From assembly GCA_964016885.1 (NCBI GenBank), contig OZ024741.1, positions 269,390,001-269,454,000 of the forward strand: a stretch of 64,000 bases of DNA, in the 5' to 3' direction. Numbering within the stretch: position 1 is the first letter of the stretch; each line of letters begins with the position of its first letter. The notes below the pieces were generated by a model, which worked only from the letters and a program-made list of their open reading frames with translations, was not told the origin of the DNA and did no database searches. The translations under genes and the position numbers were made by a program. The stretch comes from Eledone cirrhosa. Its lineage: Eukaryota. This document shows positions 53,466-64,000 of the stretch, piece by piece.

Positions 53466-54194
53466 TATTATTATACTTTGGGAGGGTCATGTTGCCAATA
53501 AGAAACACACGCACCAGTTGCTTTCACTTCAATTTATTATAAATTAAATTTATAAATTTAAGAATTTATAAATTTCCGGTTGGTTAGTACCACAACCAGA
53601 CGATTGTTCAGATATTGTCAAAGTTCTTTCGCCACACATTCTGTGACCTCTTCAGTGACTGGGGATTCTTTTCTTTGTTTTGTGCTTCTCTACACACAGA
53701 AAAGACGCAATATTTAGACAAATCACAGGGGCAATAAACATAAATGAACTCCAACCAAAATTAAATAGAAAACATGAATGGAATAGCAACATCACAAATT
53801 ACAATTAAGGACAAAATGAAAACACACACACATAGAACAAACAACCAACCAGTAACATGTAAATAAACAAATAAATAAACAAATATAAACACACACAGAC
53901 ACCCGGATGTAACACATGCGCAAACTAAGCACACAACACACACAAAAACAAGATCGCGTAGGACAGAACAAAGGAGAGGCACAAAAACAAAGAAAAGAAT
54001 CCCAGGTCACTGAAGAGGTCACAGAATGTGTGACGAAAGAACTTTGACAATATATGAACAATCATCTGGTTGTGGATCCAACCAACCAATCGGAAATTTA
54101 TAAATTCCCAAATTTATAAATTTATTATAATAAATTGAAGTAAAAGCAACTGGTGGGTGTGTTCCTTATTGGCAACATGACCCTCCCAAAGCAT

Positions 54195-54200
<6 letters not shown>
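53466..54200. mobile_element. Inverted pair of pLTRs (~225-bp arms), each with a hammerhead
   Basis: 53466-53690 versus 53973-54200; (TA)n close on both sides. Confidence 0.85.
54006..54048 (+). ncRNA. Type I hammerhead ribozyme (mirror copy at 53617-53659 minus)
   Basis: gtca-CTGAAGA-g-gtcaca-gaatg-tgtgac-GAAA-gaac-TT-tgac. Confidence 0.8.
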
Positions 54201-54235
<35 letters not shown>

Positions 54236-54352
54236 AGTTAATATAAATTAATATAAATTAATATATGATAAACACTAATACAATCATACAAGTGTTTGTA
54301 TTGCAAATGACCAAGTTAGCTAGACTGTTTGAGTTTATAACTCTATATATAG

Positions 54353-54432
<80 letters not shown>

Positions 54433-54521
54433 GTAATAATATATAAAAGATATATAAAAAACCGTAGAGTAAATATTCATTAAAATAACAGATTAAAGTT
54501 TAATATATATATATTAAAGTT

Positions 54522-54610
<89 letters not shown>

Positions 54611-54667
54611 CTGTGTGTGTGTGTGTATACACATTTTTATATATATGTGGCTTTGGATATATGAAAA

Positions 54668-54856
54668 TTGGATACGCAATCGTGAGGTTGTGAGTTCGGT
54701 TCCCAAACCGGATGATGCTTTGTGTCCTTGAGCAAGACACCTTATTTTACGTTTCTGCCCCTATTTGCAACCAATAGATAGTATTAGCAATTGGAAAGAC
54801 CATTGGAAAAATTGTTTCTCGGTCGAATGTTGTCTGTGATCTTGTCAATCGACTGT

Positions 54857-54860
<4 letters not shown>
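54668..54860 (+). mobile_element. tRNA-derived CORE-like SINE family B
   Basis: B box gagttcggttcc followed by tgtccttgagcaagacac; homologue at 61495-61713(-). Confidence 0.7.
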
Positions 54861-54909
<49 letters not shown>

Positions 54910-56038
54910 CAAAGAATGCGTGGTAAGGAACCAGGGGTACCATAACATATCAGGGTACTCAATACTTAGGATAGTAGAGTGGGAAATAGGAAAAGTGTCA
55001 GGACTCCGACGGCTGAGCTCCGGCCGTTTCGACAGCTGTATCCCTTCGGATCTAGATGTCGAAACTGCCGGAGCTCAGCTGTTTTCCTATATATATATGT
55101 ATATATATATATATGTGAATTTCGTATATCTAAAGATATACGGTATGTTCATAAATAAGCAATTTGAAAGCCACAGCTGTCAAAACGAAGTGTATATATA
55201 TATATATATATATATACATATTTATATGTGTGTGTGTGTGTGTATAGAGCAGCACAAACTGATTTATCTGCAGAGACCTGATTAACACACCCTTATACAC
55301 TATTTTCATTATTTCAGGACAACCATTGATTAAATATTTGATTTTAAAAGGGCTGTGAATAGAAGACAAAGACAATGTGTGAGCCTCATCAATAGAAACA
55401 ACAACAACAATAAATATCCAAGAATGAACAGAATTACTCGGACAACAACGGTTTCTAAACACCCCATGACTGCGCTCGTTGTTAAAAGTATAATTGCTCG
55501 TTTGCCTCTTTTGTATAAGCAATGGAGTGTTATCTATTCATCAGCGGGTGGTCGTCCTTTAATTTGTATACTGTGCTGTTAAGGTGTGAGCTCCCCTGCT
55601 AGGAAGGTAGATTAGTTGTCAATAGTGGCTATCATGTGACCCATTGGAATGTAGCCCATTCTGACAATCTCAATACAAAGACTGTTCGGCTTGAAGTGAT
55701 AACAAAATAAATTTCAAACTTCGAGGCAGGCGTCTAATTATTAAAAGGAAATCATAAATAGGAGATTCACCCATTGCCTATGTCCTCTCTTCACAGACCC
55801 TAACGAATCGAATATTTAATCCAATGTCATCCTGATACACTGACTATACTGTATCATTCAGAGATGGTCAGCTTAAACCTGAGAAATCAGTTGCTGTTGC
55901 CTTCTGGCATATATGACGTCGATAGATTCCTTGTATAATATATATATAGATATATATATATATATTTGTATATATATATATATATATATACATATACAGA
56001 TATATATATATATATAGATATATATATATATATATATT

Positions 56039-56285
<247 letters not shown>

Positions 56286-56336
56286 GTGTGTGTGTGTGTG
56301 TAAATATATATATATATAGATAGATAGATAGATAGA

Positions 56337-56398
<62 letters not shown>

Positions 56399-56419
56399 TA
56401 AAGATACATATATCTATAG

Positions 56420-56455
<36 letters not shown>

Positions 56456-56479
56456 ATACATATATATATCTATAGATAC

Positions 56480-56658
<179 letters not shown>

Positions 56659-56865
56659 TTAAGAAGCTATTGATGTGGTGTTTGCAGGAAAGGAAGAGAA
56701 AGTAGATTTATGTGAAATAGCCCGAACAATATTCGGTGTTACGAAATGAATTCATTGTTTCAGAGTGGCGGCTAATTAAATTTTCTATTATGAAGGAACT
56801 GTGAATAGAGGGGAAATAATACGTGTTGACCTCAAACAAAAGACTACAACAACAAATAACTATAC

Positions 56866-57091
<226 letters not shown>

Positions 57092-57421
57092 TATATACAT
57101 ATATATATATATATATGTATCTATAGATATATATGTATATATATATATATAGATCTATCTATATATATATATATACACACCTACATGCATATATATATGT
57201 ATATATATATAAATACACACATACATGCATATTTATATGTGTATATACACATATATATATGTGTATCTGTATGTATATGTATATATATATGTGTGTGTAT
57301 GTATATGTATATATACATATATATATATGTGTTTCGGTTCTTATATATTTGATATATATTTTCCTTATCGAGCCCTCTTTGGATTTTAGTCTTCAATTTT
57401 ATTATTATTACTATATATATG

Positions 57422-57458
<37 letters not shown>

Positions 57459-57549
57459 GTATATATATGTATTAATATATATATGTATATATATATGTAT
57501 ATATATATGTATATATATATATGTATCTATATATATGTATATATATATG

Positions 57550-57614
<65 letters not shown>

Positions 57615-57624
57615 GTATATATAC

Positions 57625-57655
<31 letters not shown>

Positions 57656-57726
57656 CATATATATATACATATATATATACATGTATATATTAATACATAT
57701 ATATATATATACATATATATATATAC

Positions 57727-57771
<45 letters not shown>

Positions 57772-57790
57772 CATATATATATACATATAC

Positions 57791-57823
<33 letters not shown>

Positions 57824-57944
57824 CATATAGGTTGAAAATGAAATGAAAACGAAATTTCATTTCTCACTCTTGGTATGGCACTTACTTAAATGTAAGTATG
57901 TATGTATACGTACATACACATATGTATACAGACGTACAGTAGCA

Positions 57945-58002
<58 letters not shown>

Positions 58003-58231
58003 CACATATACATATATACATACAGGTACACATACATATATGCACGTATCAGTTTAGCGGACGCTTATTATAACGCCGCTTTGTTCGTTTGTAAACAAAC
58101 TGAACAGCCTGAATTTATGATACAACCTGAATGTATGATACAACCCAATACATATATATATATATATATATATAAATATATATATAGGAACGAGTAGGAC
58201 CCCGACGGCTGAGCTCAAGCCGTTTCGACGG

Positions 58232-58313
<82 letters not shown>

Positions 58314-58322
58314 TATATATAT

Positions 58323-58562
58323 AGTATAAAAGAGAAAACACAGGTAAGCATTAAGAGAAGGATTTTATCCAGGTATTTACGACCGTTTCATTGGTAAGTG
58401 CAACCTCATATTGCTATACTGCAAATAGCAGCCACTCAATTATAATTGAGTGGCTGCTATTTGCAGTATAGCAATATGAGGTTGCACTTACCAATGAAAC
58501 GGTCGTAAATACCTGGATAAAATCCTTCTCTTAATGCTTACCTGTGTTTTCTCTTTTATACT
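58323..58562. repeat. Perfect 240-bp palindrome, no spacer
   Basis: Centre at 58442/58443 (..ctcaatta|taattgag..); arms include the hammerhead 3' half GAAACGGTCGTA. Confidence 0.95.
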
Positions 58563-58896
58563 TTATACTCCAAGATTGAACGGAATTCTTACAAACTTGT
58601 TGAGTTACCCCTAACCGTACGTTGAAACCATCCATGAAACTAGCTTTCCTAACCAAAAACTGGATCACAATAAGCAATTTTTTGCTTCTCTAACTATATA
58701 TATATATGTGTGTGCGGGACCGAGGAGACCACAAATCATGCGAGTACTCAATACATGGGGTGATATAGAGTGGGTATAAAGATATGTATATATATATATA
58801 TATATATATGTATACAAATATATATATATAAATATATATTTACATATATATATATACATATATATGTATATATATATAAATACATATATATATATA

Positions 58897-59910
58897 TCTG
58901 TGTATATATAAAATTAAGTATTTGTGTGTGTGTCTGTGTATTACCTATAGGAGCCTACATCTTACGACCGATTTTCATGAAACTTTACAGGCTCATAGAT
59001 TAGTCATCGCGTAGTGTTTTCGATATATCAGCGTATCGTTCTTTTATTCCTGGCTCATTCTGCAGATAAAAATCGATAGGGGGGGGTCACCTTTTTTTTA
59101 GGTATCGAAAAATAAAATGTTTGGTTCTAGCTCCCACATTTTGCCACCGATTTCGTTCAAACATTTAAGCAAAATAGAATTTATCATTGCACATCCTGTA
59201 ATGGCTTTATATTTTGCATTTGTTGTTCAGGACCGGCGTGGCAGCCGCGTAAATATTCAAAAATACCACTTTTAGACTCAAATTTTCACTTTTTCGGCTC
59301 TAGCTCCCACATTAATCAACCTACTTTATTCAAATTTTACACTACACTAGATCTGATTATTTCACGTCTTAAAGTCGTTTTACATTTAGGATTTTTTGTT
59401 CAGGGACGGCGAGCGTGGCAGCCGCTTAAATATTCGAAAATACCACCTTTTCGCTCAAATTTCCGCCTTTTCGGCTCTATCTCCCACATTTTTCAACCGA
59501 TTTCTTTCAAATTCGAAACTTCGGCTCCACCTCACACAAATCAATTTATTTGATTCAACTTTTATACTACGATAGAACCTATCATTGCAGATCTTATAGA
59601 TGGCCAAAGGCAAAACGATGGCCACTTACGTTGTCTGAGCTTTTAGTTGTGTATTTGAGAATTCATCGGTTTCCAATCAAGTAGCGTGAGGAAATTTGGC
59701 TTAGTGTTAGAGGTAATTACCTCCCTCCCGCAGCATGCCCCTTCCTTAGTCACCCGCGTTTCTCAGTGATAGAGGTCATCACCACCCTCCCCCGCAAGGC
59801 CTGTGTGTGGCCATAGATGTGTCATCGAGAAGCAGTCGCTAAGATCAACACCTTTTCATCAAAGCAGATGTTATTTTACCTACCCAGGCAACGCTAGGTT
59901 CTGTTGCTAG
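58897..59910 (+). mobile_element. Non-autonomous Helitron
   Basis: A|TC start, accgattttcatgaaa motif, internal repeats (ggctctagctcccacatt x4), 3' hairpin cccaggcaacgctagg, CTAG|T end. Confidence 0.85.
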
Positions 59911-60244
59911 TATATAATAAAATGAAACAAGGACGAGTGGTTACTCCTTCATTACGTTTATTGGTTGGTGACGCGCGTTTCGCCACCGATGAGCTCAATG
60001 TTCGATCTGTATCGATCTAGCCCGACTCTGTAATCCACGGCTGGTTAGACCCCTTTTTTTGGTAATGAAAAAATATATATATATTGTTAGGGAGCTCTAG
60101 CTTGATAACGACCGGCGGCAAGTAATGATGACGTTAAAATCGCTAGTTACCTATGCTTCGCTTATGACATTGTCATTTGTTGATGTTTGGTTATCACCGA
60201 AATATATATATGTGTATACACACCCACCCACACACACATACACA

Positions 60245-60356
<112 letters not shown>

Positions 60357-61180
60357 CAAATATAATTTCAGCGAGATCGTATTTCGGCGGGGGCCAAAAC
60401 CAAATCCAAAAGCTATCTTCGAGATATGCGGCAAGCGCTCAATGGACTAAAAGAAGACCAGAGCAATTAACATACGTTATAAAGGCCAGATAAAATGAAA
60501 AAAATGGTCGTGAAGCCATCAGCCACCGGAGCCAAAAGAACGGGGCAAGCTAAACAGGTTAACAAATACATATATATATATATTAGTATCAGTACTCTGA
60601 AATAGCGATGTATGTATAGTATATTTGATAATATACTGTATGTTTATTTAAAACATTTTGAAGACCATTCGTTACGAGCGATAAATGGCAAAGTCGGCCA
60701 TTTATCGCACGTATACAGGAAATTGACTGGCCCGTCTGCTGATATGCAAATCTGGCTGATCAGTGGATCTGTTAATCTGCAGATCCGACTGATCAGCCAA
60801 TCTGCTAATATGCAAATCAGGCCGATCAGTCACTGCGTATTTTGGAAAATAGCATATATTTTCATTAGCTCTGACAGTTTGGCAGGTGAACAGTAAGCTG
60901 TACTGATGAAGGGTGATACCCAGAAACATTTGTGTTTGCAGTTCTGTTCGCATGCCAACATAAGACCAAGAATTGAGTGTTCATTCTGCTGACATGGCTA
61001 TAAAATTGAGGCTTGTTTGCATAATTGCAAACGAATTGAAAGTTATTAATATTCGAAAAACTCAAATTGCATTTATATATATATATATATATCATATGTA
61101 TATATATATATATATATTATATATATATATATATATCATATGTATGTGTATATATATATCATATGTATATATATCATATG

Positions 61181-61211
<31 letters not shown>

Positions 61212-61458
61212 CATATGTATATATATATAGATTGTATATATATATATATACATATCATATATATATATATATATATATCATATATATATATATATATATC
61301 ATATATATATATATATATATCATATATATATATATATATATCATATGTATATATATATATATATATATATGAATGTATATATAGTGTATTTTGCAATACA
61401 CTATGCTTAATTAAAAGCATTTCGAAGATCTTATGCTATTGTTTTAGAGTAGTGACAA

Positions 61459-61981
<523 letters not shown>

Positions 61982-62020
61982 AATAACAAAGAACGCTTAT
62001 AGCATATGCATATCTTTACT

Positions 62021-62066
62021 TGCTAACATTGTTTCATCCGCACTATAAGTGGGACTCATCAGAGCA
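62021..62066 (-). ncRNA. Type I hammerhead ribozyme at a probable PLE 3' end
   Basis: tgct-CTGATGA-gtcccact-tat-agtgcggat-GAAA-caatg-TT-agca, ~40 bp from (TA)n. Confidence 0.85.
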
Positions 62067-62617
62067 TAAAGGTTAATTACATACCATACAAGCAATAACA
62101 AATCCAAGACATTGAAGAATGAAAGGTAATAATAGACGATAAAGGATAAGAATAAAAATAAAAGTAAAAATAAAAATAAAAATAAAAATAAAATAAGGGG
62201 TGCTATCAGTCACAGTTGGGCGGGGTGCTGTCAACATATAGTTACATACGAGCATACACATGGATAAGAGAACAGACAATAGTAGACACATCGATAAGAG
62301 AACAGACAAGATTAGATAAGATAATGGGATTAGGTAAGAGTAGGTAAAAAATAGGCGAAAAACAGACTTATAATATAAATAAGAAAATATAAAGAAATAC
62401 AAAGAAATACATAACAAACTTACATATAAAATATAGGGTAAGGAATGAGATAAAATAATATAAAATTAAAATTAAAAATTATATACATAGAACATAATAT
62501 AATATAATCGTAAAATAAGATAAAATAAGGTAAACTAAAATCAAATAACATAGACTAAATTAAAATAATATAATATAAGATATAATTAAATGTATAATTA
62601 AATGTAATTAAATGTAA

Positions 62618-62657
<40 letters not shown>

Positions 62658-63452
62658 AAATTAAATAAATAAATAAAATTAAAATTAAAATTTTAAAATT
62701 AAAATTTAAATTTAAATTTAAATAAATAAATAAATAAATAAATAAATGGAGTCAAGTAAGTAAATAAATAAAATTAGATAACATGAAATGAAATAAAATA
62801 AAATGAAATAAAGTAAATTGAGATAAGATATATATTTTTTTTAAATATATCTCTTGAATATATCAGGGGCCCACGAAGGCACTAAGTGTCACAGTTATGT
62901 GTATCACTTGACCAATTTTTTAAAATATATTTCTTGAAAACATCAGGGGCCCACGTAGGCACTAAGTGTCACAGTCACCAGTATCACTTGACCATTGCAA
63001 GGCAATGGAGGCGTCACAGGTTGGGCAGTCTCGAAAGTTCACTCGAAAGTCATGGGTGTGCATTCACACAGTTGAGCGGTGGGGTAATCACAAACCGGTT
63101 CACACACGTGCAGGAGTCCAATGGTCAGAGAGAGGTGCATCGAAGGAGGTAGAAGAATTCACGTGCATTAGCAAGCGAGGTGAGGCGGGTTAAAGCAAGC
63201 AGACACAGTTGTAGCGCATACAAAATATATATAAAAAGACAGAAGATATATAAAAAATAGCTTCAAGAGCCATTAAGTCACCGCATTGGGACATCACAAG
63301 ATTGTACACATCAATATGTTCAGCACGTATATGCACGTATACACACCACATGCATATGCAGAGACGGTATACATATATATATATATATATATTTTTATAT
63401 ATACAGACACATATAACCACCTACACCCATACACATATAAATGTATACACGG

Positions 63453-64000
63453 ACAGTGGACTTGGATAACCATACGTACACACCGTACCATAAGCCCAAT
63501 GAATTGCTGACTTACGTGAATACCAACTCCAACCACCCTAGATCTGTCATCAGCGGTATACTGAAGGGCGTATCTAATCGAATAAGTTCACTCTCACATA
63601 GTGAGGAGGCGTTTGACTCGCAGGCTGATTACTATAACGACGCCTTAGCTAGATCCGGCTTTAGGGACAAATTGTATTACACCCAGGGAAATAATGGTCC
63701 TAATAGTAGCTCTACCAGTGTTGTTATAACACATAATATGTCCATTGGTAATCGAGGTGTCGCGAATGGGAGGGTTCTAAATGCCGGTGGAATGAAACAG
63801 CAGGGCACCATTAGTCTAAGTAATAACAATAGAGGTGTCGTGAACGGGAGGTTTCTAGATGCCGGTGGAATGAACCAGCAGGGCACCATTAGTCTAAGTA
63901 ATAGCAATGGTAGGCCTCGCAGCTCCCCGCATAGACTAGGTGAGCATAGGAACCGTAGAAATAATAATGCTAATAATACTGATGGAAATAGAAAGAATAA
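63453..64000 (+). pseudogene. 5'-truncated Naiad family 4 ORF (RT thumb/linker), runs off the window
   Basis: TVDLDNHTYTPYHKPNELLTYVNTNSNHP..NRISSLS..YYNDALARSGF; in-frame 78-bp tandem duplication at 63750-63905. Confidence 0.85.

Noticed and set aside
59100-59560. CRISPR-like repeat-spacer pattern
   Set aside because: Irregular, degenerate internal tandem repeats of a Helitron in a eukaryotic context.

Overview
Eukaryotic, AT-rich, microsatellite-saturated DNA with no recognisable host gene. The SINE and (TA)n content suggests an octopus or similar mollusc, but that is inference. Almost all short ORFs in the track are (TA)n/(TG)n/(GGT)n artefacts. The first 16.8 kb is a very young array of a Naiad-type Penelope-like retroelement (PLE): one full 6,595-bp unit with an intact 813-aa RT + GIY-YIG ORF, a tandem 5'-truncated copy, and an inverted copy that forms a >=4.25-kb-arm palindrome with a 90-bp spacer. 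Each unit carries about 2 kb of TA/TG microsatellite in its 3' UTR and a hammerhead ribozyme with an unusually long (~116-nt) stem II; the array ends in (TA)n. The rest of the window contains at least four other Naiad families, Neptune-type PLEs, about ten hammerhead motifs, many small fold-back elements derived from PLE termini, a decayed Helitron RepHel flanked by ~0.5-kb inverted repeats, a non-autonomous Helitron, a mariner, MITEs, SINEs and a CRE-like fragment.
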